Below are positions 52,823-64,000 of a stretch of DNA of 64,000 nucleotides, piece by piece. This DNA is from Takakia lepidozioides (Eukaryota > Plantae > Bryophyta). Location: positions 20,956,001-21,020,000 of the forward strand of contig CM060733.1 in assembly GCA_030704615.1 (NCBI GenBank). The letters are read 5' to 3'. The first letter of the stretch is position 1, and every line of letters begins with the position of its first letter. The position numbers and the translations under genes were made by a program. The notes under the pieces are model-generated. The model made no database searches. It saw nothing but the letters and a program-made list of their open reading frames with translations, and had not been told where the DNA came from.

Positions 52823-54290
52823 AGTGCCCATGTGGCAAGAATAAGGAGGTGGCAGGGCTAGAAAAGTGGCTATATTCCAAGTGGCAGGGTTTAACTGGTC
52901 CACGTCTGCAAAATAGGCTCCTAATTCTCAACTGCTGGTGCTTTTTTGCGAAATTTTCGAATCTTACTCCGTAATTCCTTTGTACAAGTACCTGACCCAT
53001 ATTCCAGGTCCAAATTTGGCAAGGAAAGAAAAACACTGCTCTCTCTATATATAAAAAGTACTTCGTGGAGATGGTGAGCTCAACAACTCTCAACTACTTG
53101 CACATGGGCTGGTAGCTCAGCTGGTAAGTGCAGAGTGTGTGTCGCATTGGTGGCTCGGGGTTCAAACCGCTGCCCTGACCCGTGTGTGGGATTGTTCTTG
53201 ACAGTATGTCTAGGCGTTGATCGTCCCGTAGGCCTCATGGCCTACAGAAAGAGGGTTAATTTTTCCCCCTCCTCAAGGGCCTGAATTGTGGTCTGTCGCT
53301 CCCAGGTTTCCTTTGGAAAAAAAAAAAACCACACTCATTATGAGCCTGCACAATTCAGAGACCTTATCATGACTCATCCACTATTGTATCAACTGTCTTT
53401 TGCTAAAAGAAATGATCCAATATGTAGGCAAGAAAAAATTGACAGAATTATAAGCAAGTAAAGGGGTCCCCTGTTTAAGATTTAGAAAAAAAGAAAAAAG
53501 GAAAAAAATCATTTGTCGGCGATATCGAAATTTGGACAAGCCTGCTATAGTGCTTGCAAATGGAAGGTGGACACATCAGCTTATAGTCTATGTGCAGCTC
53601 TATCTATAGTTAAGGATTTATCTAGCTAGTCGGACTTAAAATTCCCCTTTTTTAAATAATAAATTTTTAAGGAGCAGGGGACAGTGGCCCTGAGAATTTT
53701 ATTAATGAATTTCCATTTCATTGCCAACTTACGCCGAATATCATAAGAGGGAGCGACATTTCACAGTCAATTGCAGAAGCTTGGGAGGGAACCATCTCAT
53801 CTGGGCTCAGTCGCAGCTCAGACCAGTTTGATTCATTATCATCCATTCTCTGATTTTCGATAGGGAAGCACTTGCGAGGATCCTCCTATACTCGCCTTCA
53901 TTCAGTTTATAGCATTGTTTTCAGCTTTTGATGGTGGTCTTGAGCGTCTTGGCACTACTATGTAGATGTGCAGCCCTCAATTTTCTCAATTGCGCCTAGC
54001 TGACTTTGTGTGAGCCTAGCTTAGTAATGCCCGCAGAAACATTTTCTTCGTTTTTCTGTGATATAATCAGTGTTTTCTTTTTGGCGAAACAACGCCAGAT
54101 CGACCTGGAAAATGGGTTAGCTACTTCTACAAAGGAGTTATTGGGCGGTAAAAACTGAAAAATTCGCCAGAAGGTGCCAGTATTTGAGTATCAGGAGCCT
54201 GATTTTGCCAACATGGACCTGTTAAAACATGCCACCTGTTATATAGCCACTTTTCTAACCTTGCCACCTCGTTATTCTCGCCACAAGGGC
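52823..54290. mobile_element. Putative non-autonomous TIR element (~130-bp diverged inverted repeats 52823-52955 / 54157-54290)
   Basis: gtggcagggctagaaaagtggctatat versus atatagccacttttctaaccttgccac; third copy at ~47760-47870. Confidence 0.55.
53106..53328 (+). mobile_element. tRNA-derived SINE
   Basis: GGGCTGG start, A box TAGCTCAGCTGG, B box GGTTCAAACC, ~220 bp, A12 tail. Confidence 0.75.
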
Positions 54291-56191
54291 TGGGTAGAAT
54301 TTACATATGGCCCCTGTGGTAATTCTGGAAAAATGAAAAAACAGAAAGTGACGGTGTGTAATCAAAAGCACAATACCATTACTATTATTATTATTATGAT
54401 TATGATTATTTGAAAGAGAAACACCCACTGACATTGAAGTACTAACCTGCCAGGCAGCCCATAAAGGCACCAAGACTAATAACTTGCTCAAGAGAAGGGA
54501 TAACTATACAATTAGGTAGCATGGAGTCGGCTCTCAAAGTCTTAGCCTTTCAAGGCCCCTTTGGACCACGGGTGGGAGCCAGGCCAGGGAGGGCAAGCCT
54601 GCATGAGAGAAGGGAATTTTACAATATTGGCTAAATACCTTCCTGAAAATTTCCCCTCCCACTTGTCTTCCAAAAAATACAAGTCTTTGCATTAACTAGT
54701 TTTGCAGAACAATGTATGATTATGGGTTGCACCAGGTACAGTTGAACCTCCTGTACCGGTAGGTCTTGGGAGTAGAGGAGATAAACAACCAGTAGAGAGT
54801 TGTGAGTCAAATTGATGCGTAGTAATTTGTCAACTTACAACCTCCAACCGGACTTGCTCTGTTAATTTTCTAAATTCAACAAGGAGCCACGTTAACATAG
54901 TGTCTACATTAAACCCATGCGTGTTTACACAGAGCCCATGCGCCAGCCAAATTGGAGAATACAGAAACTTAAGAGGTTCATATTATTAGTTTTGATGAAA
55001 TGTCAAAGGAACGTTTTCATGTTTCAATCTGCTTTAAACTTTCAATCTTCATATTTAGCAAAACGGTCAATATAACATTACTTTGCCTTAACATATTACA
55101 TATGCAGTGTATAAAATGTTAGCAAATATGGGAATGGTGGCGGTATCCGTCATAAACGTGAAGAGGGCACATGTAATGACTCAGTGTCGAGCGAGTTAAA
55201 TAGACGATCAGATTCTCAGTTTTCACGAAGGTGTTTTGATTGGTATTCAATGTTGTAACAATCTAACTGAGGAATTGACTTCAGCGGATGCATCATACAG
55301 TAGCAACTTGGCTGCAGCATTGCAGTTAGATTGGTTTTCAAGGTCACAGAGAGAGAGATGTTGATCATGATCATTACATAAGATCCTACCATGACTCCAC
55401 TTGTGCAGATTACATACACGCAGGAGCAGGTAAATTTATAAAATCGCGTATGATAGAACGGAAAGTAAGAATAACTTGCAGTTACAATAGTTGCTCAAAG
55501 GACAGTCGATGTTATTGAGTGTTCACATTTAGTAGATTTTATATATCTGGCTACCCACGATTTTGATACTTACGTGACAATCCTCACTTTACTCTACATG
55601 TCTACACTATAATATTCTATGAATCTACCAAAAATGCTGCCAAATTACTACCCAATATATACAGCATTTCGGAACCCCCAGTGTGAAACAAGGTATACTG
55701 AGAATAGGCTCATGTGTTTACAAAAATGTAACCAAATGTTTGCGTATTTTCGATTCTTACAATCTTGCCGAGCGTGACAAAGAGCCGAAGATCTTCGAGT
55801 AGGTAGTTCACTTGAAATCTTCAGAACCCAGGTTGACGACCTGATTATGTGGGCCCGACCCAGCCCGTAGTTACAAGTTCCAATTTCCATAGATCATGTC
55901 TCCCCTTGCAAGTCTCGAGCTGAACTTCATGGTCAGGAGCTTTGCAACAATTCCGAGGTATCCTCCCGCGTAGATGTCCAGTCAACGTGCATCCTCATCG
56001 CGAACGCCCTCAACAGTCGACCATAATCTTTGAGTAACACAGCAATCTGTTGCTGACGATGGAAGCTGTAATTTAGGTGAATAGCCCCGATCAGCCTGTG
56101 TCATCTATATCATAATTGTCCAGAACTATCGTAACAAGTTTATGATGCACGCTATCTTCCATGAAAGGAAGATCAACTTTGCCTTAATTGC

Positions 56192-57257
56192 TCAGTAATA
56201 GCTGTAAAGGGGACTATATGGACGACTATAAGAGTTGTGAGGGGTGTAAGGACGACTGTAGGATCCTCCATATGTGCGAGGAGGACTGACATACCGGCTA
56301 TATGCAGATGAATAAGCAGGTGAGTATTCACTATAACCAGTGTGGCTGGAAACTACTGGAGCTACAGATGGAGCCACCACAGATGGAGCCACTTTAACAG
56401 CTGGAACCTTTGAAGCTACGGCGTATGTGACTGGTGTGATAGCAGTATTCCAGAATACCGATTTCTTCTTTACCCGCCTCACCCTGCGGAGCATCAGTTC
56501 GGGATCCATATGACCTCTGACAACCACTCTTTGGTTGTACTGGTCACATTCCACTTGCTGCACCCCTGGCAGCTCGAGCAGCGCCAACCGCACTTTCTCC
56601 ACACATTTCTCGCAACACATGGGTACTCTCAGTTCGATAGTCTGCACCCATTGAAGTACAGAAGTACAGATAATATTGTCAGTAAAAGAGCAATGTCTTC
56701 AGTGAGAAGGCCGTCCACTGAATTTCAGCAACTCGATCAGAAATCAGAAACAGAAAACATGAACCGCTCTAGACGAATGAGGAGAGCCACAAGAGGGTGC
56801 CATACCGGTGGAAGAACAGCAATAGGAGGTTTCTTCAGCACAGGCGGAGGAAGCACAACTGGCCGGGGAGGAGATATCACTGTGAAGGGAACCTTTGCAG
56901 CGGGAGGGATCATGGGAGAGATCATGGGAGGTGGAAGGGGAGCATCGTTCACAATCCATGTAGGTTCGTTTCTACCATAAAACAACTGCACAGCACGAAA
57001 CAAATTTAGTTTTAAGAACAAAATCTTCGAGATCCAAACACACCTTAATAATAACACGACAAGGTTTGGAAGATCATCCATAGAACTAGCGTATTGATCG
57101 ATATATCCCCTAATGTAACCACTCCCTCCAAACAAGCTGGCTCCTGCACACCACACTGCATATCCCGCTGGATCTAACATCTTAGCATACACGACTTTCG
57201 ACAGTAGAAGTCAACAGAGCTCTGTGTACAAACCTCTTGCATAGTAGGCACCGTCAT
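56192..57257 (-). CDS. HMA-domain protein 5 with intact MCCEKC, Pro-rich linker and Tyr-rich tail, 217 aa; exons 57257-57234, 56985-56806, 56641-56192
   Basis: MTVPTMQE|LFYGRN...VLPP|TIELRVPMCCEKCVEKVR...GVQQVECDQYNQRVVVRG...LYSYY*; no CaaX box. Confidence 0.9.
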
Positions 57258-59088
57258 CTTCTCTTTGTTGTAGCTTCACGTAGCAGAGAATTTCCCTTAA
57301 AAGAGTCGTGGAGCAGGCAGATTAAGCTTAGCCTGTAACCGTCACCGGCTGAACTCTGTGTCAAGAACTGAGGCGAAGAATACAGGTTCCCGTGACTATG
57401 TGTAAGATGTACATGAAACTAGAAATCTACAGTAAGAAAAACAAATACACGCATGTAAGAGGTCTTTTCACACACGCTGAACTCGCACCAGCAGTTCGAA
57501 GTCGACTACTTTCTCCAAGAGAAGGCAGAAGGCCGGACGCGGATCAACCGAGACGAATTGTTTATGCACAAGAGAGAGAAGAATGTACAGATGGGGACAC
57601 AGCGATAGATCGGTCAGAAGCGAAATGTCAGAAGCACACAGTGGATTCTTGTTCTGTGGCAGAGCGCAACCATTCTCGTCTTATACACCCCGCTCACAAC
57701 CCGCTCCTCGCCTTCCTCCTGGGGACACGCGTCGCCGTCCCGCCGGTGCGGACAAGTCAATAATTGGCGGGGGGCGCGTGGAGCCGTCCGCCCGGAGGAA
57801 TTACGCCACGTGGTTCCGTCTCATACGACCATACTCCAGCCCGCCTTTCTATCCCGCCTTTCTATCCCGCTCGTTTCTCCCGTGATTGCCGCCCTGGCGA
57901 AACCCTGGCGAAATCTCCCACTACCTGGCGCTCCATATCACGGGCGCCCGGCACCGGGCGGTGTCCCTCATGTACCACCGCGTCCATGTTCCTCGTGCTC
58001 ATGTTCCACGTCGTGCATGAACGAGAAGAGCGACGGCCGTATCTTGCGACGATGCATCCATCACACTCTAGAAGAGTACGGGTACATTCTTTCGATTCTC
58101 GAATCTAGAGGTGCACGTGGCAGTTCACAGATGGTGAAGCCGGATCGTGAGCAGAGTGTGCACGCTGTAAACGGAGGGGCTGAGGGGGTGCTGACAAACG
58201 GAACGGTAATCGAGAACGGGGTTGTGGATGAGGGGCAGTAAAGGAAGCAAGTACCGGCAAAGTACAGATTTGTCCGCAGTGCGCCGAGCCTCCGTTCCGA
58301 TGTGGATGGGGTGCTTTCTTTTGTGATTGGCCCACTGGGAGTGGTCGGTAGAAAGAGGGCGATCACGGGAGCATGTGCGCATTGTTGATTGGGGGGGTTG
58401 TGATATTATTGACTTTTCTGTAGAGTTTTTGGCTTGGCGGGAAGATCTTATAAAAACTATTATTGTCGCCCAAGGAGATGCCGACAGGTGTGAAGGATCT
58501 GACGATCTGACGTGTTTGTTGAAGTTTTGCGATACGGCAATCATCTTTTGTTGTTCCGTCTTGGACCTGACAACATTCTGCAGCGAACAGGTCAAGCGGA
58601 TTGAAAGCCCCTGTGCGAAATGACACCCAAGTTCTCCCCCGAGAGTGACGGCTTGGTTTCGTGATGCCGTTGCAGTGGATGCCGTTGTCCGCCCTCGTTC
58701 CAGCCCTTGCGTGGGGCCCTTACCCTGCGTAAACGTTCCATGAATAAAATATCGCCACGTGTCCCTTCTTTTAGGCGCCCAGGCTTTCTTCGCTTCCCGT
58801 TTCCTTTGGTTCGTCCGATCACGGAAAGACGCGGAAATGGGGGAATGGTGGCAGGAGTGGCCTTACAGGATGGAAACGCACTCCGCAAATTCCGGTTACG
58901 TTCCATCGCGTAATTCAACTGCTCCTGTGGGGCGTTAGGGTTCACAGGTATAAGCCAACTCAAAATACAAAGGATTTTATTCAAGCAACGTTTACGTATA
59001 AATAAGTATTCTCACCCGCTGAAAAAGCACCAAATTCCAAGAAGGAAAATCTTTGGAATCCCTGAAACCCTAATTTCTAGGCTCCCAG

Positions 59089-60038
59089 TGTAGAGGTTGA
59101 CATCCGACTGGGGAATGTGTATCCAGTGGTTAAGTTAGGAATAGGTTGGGAAGACCACCCAGTCCCGACACTTTCCTAGAACGTTCCATGACCTGGATCT
59201 CCAGGTATCCTTTCTGCATTTATTTACCCAATGAACTCCATCCTATTTACATATCTCATCCATCTATAAATAGGGATGAAACCAGTGTAGTCGGCGGGTG
59301 GTATGTGCAAGGGTATAGGTAAGGGTATGCCAGAACCAATCCCGCTGGTATGTCATGCAACCTATACCCCCGGTGTATGTAGAACTTAGGGTTTAGGGTT
59401 CCAGACATACCCAAACTGATACCATACCTCAGAGTAGCTGGCGGACAATACTGCGATTGGAACAGTACTCACTCACGTGGAGTGTTTGGAGATGGGAGGG
59501 GTAGAAGGTATGGCATACAATGATCAGCATACAAGGTATAATATGCAAGATTTCTTCAGTTTTTGTCATGGCATCCAGCTTTTCTCCCATTTGTTACAAT
59601 CTAAGCCTTACAATACAAAGACCTTCACTAATTTTTGAGCAATACCAATTAATTTGCATGGGCATGTGTGATTGCAATTTTTTTTTACTTTTTGTATGTT
59701 GCTCTCAATCTGGTTTATTTTCAGCTTTGAATACAGTATGATGGCTGTTGGGGTATACCATACCATTGTGCCATACCATGCCTAGGACCAGGGTACCTAT
59801 CTCAAAATTGAAAATACCCATACCCATCCTATAAGTTACTACACTGGCCCACCGGTTGGACCTGGTAGGACCAGTGTGGTATGCCCCAAAATGGACATAC
59901 CATTACAACGCTGGATGAAACACTCCAGCTGTAACACATGTCTTATCGTTATCTTTCATTGTAATCTGTTCAAACCCTCTTTTCGAAACGTCTCTATTTT
60001 TCCCTCTGAGTCCCTCGTCTTTGTTGAGACATTCAACA
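59089..60038 (+). mobile_element. Probable solo LTR (~310 bp) interrupted by a hAT MITE
   Basis: TGTAGA...TCAACA ends, TATAAATA box; flanks CCCAG/CTTAA differ only by transitions. Confidence 0.4.
59283..59913. mobile_element. Non-autonomous hAT element
   Basis: Perfect 8-bp TSD GATGAAAC (59275-59282, 59914-59921); ends CAGTGT...ACGCTG; many subterminal GGTATG/CATACC motifs. Confidence 0.85.
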
Positions 60039-61194
60039 CTTAAGGTAGAGGAACCTTAAGTGGACGGTTTAGTTAGTTCACATGGATAGAATGATTAAAA
60101 AAAAATGAGAACAATTTTTGTGGATTAGCAAATCAAAAAGAAATAAGATGCAATTTGTTTCATGAATTATAGTTAAGATATGAGATTGATATGATTTTTT
60201 AAAGTCTGGTACTAGTAGACACCTAATAGTGACACATAGGCCCCCCCAAAAATGCACAACAATTTTCCTACCGTGGTTACTGGGTCATCCATGTATAATC
60301 TTATATGGTCCTAAAATGGACATAAAGTTAGCCTATGATGAATTAATGCCAACCTAATAGGGACATGAAGTGGACATGAATGTAGCCTGCCAACCCCCCC
60401 TAATATCAGAGGGCATGTCATAAAAGTTTCAACTCATGACCCAATGTTGCTTAGAGCTCATTGCATACATGCCTCCCGATTGGCTGAATATTAACGTTCA
60501 TAATATGTTAAGAAATCATTGATACGCTAGATAATGGACAAGGCACATCCTATTCGTAAAATAAAGCATCCTATTTAGATTAGCCTCGTGTCTGTGCGTC
60601 GTCTCATCGCAGGGAATATTTTCTTGCGAAGCTCTGGAGCCCAGGCGATGCGTTCCCGCGATCTCCTGATTCAGCTTGGATGCACTGGTTGATACTCTTG
60701 TTTGGTGTTATTTCGGAGCTCACATTTTGGTGTTTGGGTAATGGAACCAAAACACCCTTCACGTGCCAATAGCTTCTGCCGTATCACACTGGGTAGGTGT
60801 ATTGTGCTCAATCTTTATCGTTGCACTCAAAATGTAACCACCAATTTGTGATGTGATGATCAGTGTACTGCTATTCAGAAGTGCTATTTTGGAGCCAGCT
60901 GAGTTTTTTCAAGTTAAACCTTTCTATTCATAGAACTGTAGCATTTTGAGTACATTGGGTTATGGTACTTCACTGTCAGAGCTGCCAGAGCATGCTCTTG
61001 ATATTTACCTTAGCTAGTAGTCAGCTTCAGGGTGGCTCGTTATGATCTGATTTCGTCATTGGACACTCTTGTAAGTTTGAACAGTCCTCATTTACTCAGA
61101 ATAGGTTCTTTTGAACATGCTTTGCTAAAGCTCAGTTTTGCAGAGCATAAATGAGTGGACCTTGATGTTGAGCTTTTGCATTGCCAGGTGGCCA

Positions 61195-61470
61195 TTGCTC
61201 ACATGACAATTATGGCCATCTAAAATCAGTAAGTGTCGATTTGTGGTTGACATGTTGCCTCCTTTTGCTTGTATAGAGGCAATGAAATGTGAGATCCATT
61301 TGGAGAATAGAATACCAGCTATCCATGCTTTAGATTGCATGGCCATAGTGACATCATTCTCACATCACTCAATGTAATTTCGTCTGAATTGGTTACCTTT
61401 GAAAATGTAAAAATTTGGAATTGATTCACCATTACCATTGATGCAAGATAGAACGGACAGCCATTCCCTC
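61195..61470 (-). pseudogene. pogo/Tc5-type DDE transposase fragment
   Basis: AVLSCINGNGESIPNFYIFKG...MAMQSKAWI...FSKWISHF...HLLILDGHNCH. Confidence 0.8.
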
Positions 61471-61899
61471 TCGTTAGGTGTGATGAATTTGGACCCTGTT
61501 TTGGCCAGCACCCAAGCACCTCCATTTTTACCAGCCCGGGCACCAGATTCATTGTCATTCGTTTCGTGGGACCTTGATGGGGAGGCTGGGCTCTGAAGAA
61601 CAACGGTTTTGAGCTAGCTGATCCGGCAGAAAAGTCGGAATTGCCTCCCTGTTGCATTTTAACAAAGAGGGTTACCCCCCTGCAGGTAATCTTTTGGGGG
61701 TTTTCAGCCCAATTCTTAACTATGGAGGAGACCAGCCTGCAGGTAATTCCTTTGGACAGAATGTTGTTGGGGCCTATATGTACCTCTATTTGCTCCATTT
61801 TTGAACCTTTAGTGAATGGCGTGGTTTCCTGAGGTGGTTCCATTCTGAGGAATGGCTGGTGGACATAAGGAGGCACTGGCGGACCCTGTGGAGGCTTGC

Positions 61900-64000
61900 A
61901 TGGGGCCTTGGAGACCAAGTTTCATGAGCTCGTGGAGGGCAGTTTGAGGAGTGTCTACAGGATGCTTTCATGGTCATGCAAATGAGAGAAGAGAGGAAAA
62001 AAAAAAGTGTTGGGATGAGGGCATGCTGGGGATAGGCATTGCTTTAGCTTCCCTTCCTCCTAGCTTTCCACCTTCTCTGTACAGGTCGAGATCTTTCCGT
62101 GGGTGGAGGTAAGAGTTAGTCCGGGTTTGGGCTGGGGTGTCCTTGCAGGAGCGACACTCTGGAGTTGTTTTTGGTGTGGGGGAGTTGTTGTTTTCATTCT
62201 TGTGTTTGGATCCCCTCCACACCTGCATGCTTGATTGTGCGTCATGCTAGTTTTGTGTGGGCGCTTGTTTTTATAGGTGGTTGACTCGGGCTTGATCGTC
62301 GATCCAACCCTAGAGCATGCTCCAAACCATAAGCCGCATCAGGTTCTCTACTCGGTTATCTTGTGGAGAGGGGGTTAGAGACATGTTCATGACCGGTTGA
62401 GTGTCAGTTTGTCAACACGGAGGTGCCACTAGTTGCTGGGGAAAGTGTCGGTACAAGCACTAGCGATACTAGTGGGTACACGAGACGAGGTGTGCGATTT
62501 AGGCCACCTTCACCTCCTGTGTCTTCTATGGAAGGTTCTGATTCGGATTATGAATCAGGAAGACTTATACCGACGGTGCAAGTTGTTCCCTTGTCATTGT
62601 TGTGAGACACAATGGAGGAGATGTATGGAGCCACCAAGGGGTCACGCAGGTACTCTGGGGCGGTGGGCACCATTGAGTTAGATGATTTTATCCAAGAGTT
62701 TGATAGTTGGTGTGACTTGCAACAAATGCGCAATCCACAACTGTTTGCGCCTTTTATGGCATGGAAGGGGCTATTTCACCACCTTGAGGGGCCGCCCATG
62801 GATGATTACCATGAGTTTAGGTGGGGGTATGATGTTGAGATCGAGGAGTGGAGGATGTACTGGTCACCCGACTATGTCTCCATCACTAGAGGCACTAGAA
62901 GGACAAGGGCAGTAGCCATATCCGCAGCTCCACCGGCAGCAGTGAGACTAGTGGTACAGAGGCTACGACGTCCACCCAAGCCACTGCTGCACCAGCACCA
63001 GTGCCCGTGCCTGCCTTCAACCCTGTTGTGGAGTTCTACGAAGAGTTGAGAAGGAACTATCAATGGGTGAGGACAAAGAAGTTGAGAAGTTTGCAAGAGT
63101 TCCAGAGGAAGCTTACTGAGAGCTTGAGAGAGGCTTTTACTCGCATGCGGCGCTTGATAAATGTAACCCAAGGGGTTACGGAGGCTCAAGCAGTCCAATT
63201 TTGGTATGGGATATTGGACAAGGAGCTGAGGAGAAGGATGTGGGATGCAACTCTCCTACAAACGGCCCAACCCACCTTAGCAAATGTGTTTTTGCTGGCA
63301 GAGCGGATAGAGCTCAACATGGTGGAGGAACGGGTGGTCATGGTGGGATTTGCTAAGGAGACACCACGGGGTAGTGATGCTCCTAGCCAGCCACTACCTC
63401 AACGTACTCAAGGCAGCAAGGGGCTCAAGTGAATCTCAAGGAAAGACAGAGAGGACCTCAGATGCAGGGGTCTCTCCTATAAGTATGCCATGCCCACACC
63501 AAAAGAGATATTTGTTGCCATTGGGCATGCCAAGGTCTTTAACCAGTTGCCGATCAAGGAGGCGGACAAGCAGAAGACGACATTCTGGGGGATCAATGAG
63601 CACGGGAATGATTGTCTATATCAGTGGCGGTTCTTACCATTCGGGCTTAAGAACGCTTCTGCAGAGTTCCAGAGAGTCATGGATATGATTCTAGCAGGGG
63701 TGAACTTTGTTCGGTGCTACATAAATGACATCATCATCTTTAGTGGTACAGTGGAAGAGCACTGTCTCATTCAAGTGGTATTTGAGCGTTTGAGATCACA
63801 CAGATTGAAATTACATCCGGGGTAGTGCAAGTTCTTCCACAACCAGATTGAGTATCTAGGCCACATGATATATCCTGGAGGATTGGAGGTACAGCAGACT
63901 AAGGTGGAGGCCATCGCACAGATTCCACGCCCCACGGATGTGAGCCGAGTTCGAGCTTTCATGGGGTTGGCGAACTATTATAGATGGTTTGTCAAGGGAT
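61900..64000 (+). mobile_element. Further DNMT-Gypsy family copy: 5' UTR and gag joined by a deletion (~63478) directly to RT; runs off the window
   Basis: Collinear with 48190-49930, then KYAMPT...LPFGLKNA, CYINDI, YLGH. Confidence 0.9.

Noticed and set aside
57700-58990. GC-rich region with overlapping ORFs
   Set aside because: No consistent frame or motif; could be promoter or TE sequence.

Overview
Eukaryotic land-plant genomic DNA with GT-AG introns; a bryophyte or other non-seed plant is my inference from gene style. Host genes: a 2-exon ASR (ABA/WDS)-like gene, a 4-exon RPL3, and five minus-strand HMA-fold genes. The HMA genes share an N-terminal 'E|LFYGR'-type motif and Tyr/Ser-rich tails ending in YY or HY; four have lost the metal-binding CxxC. 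The standout is an 11.2-kb Ty3/Gypsy retrotransposon (11972-23192, 4-bp TSD ACGG). It carries a C5 DNA-cytosine methyltransferase between protease and RT and a PHD finger on integrase. Its repeats are permuted (A...B-A-B), its PBS is complementary to its own 5' repeat (self-priming), and its genomic ends correspond to an internal palindrome GACA-GC-TGTC. This fits integration of a 2-LTR circle opened inside one LTR. Three more partial copies and a solo A-B unit of the family are present. Also found: SINEs, a hAT MITE, pogo/Ulp1/LRR remnants, tandem repeats and a candidate box C/D snoRNA. All calls are by eye; no searches were run.
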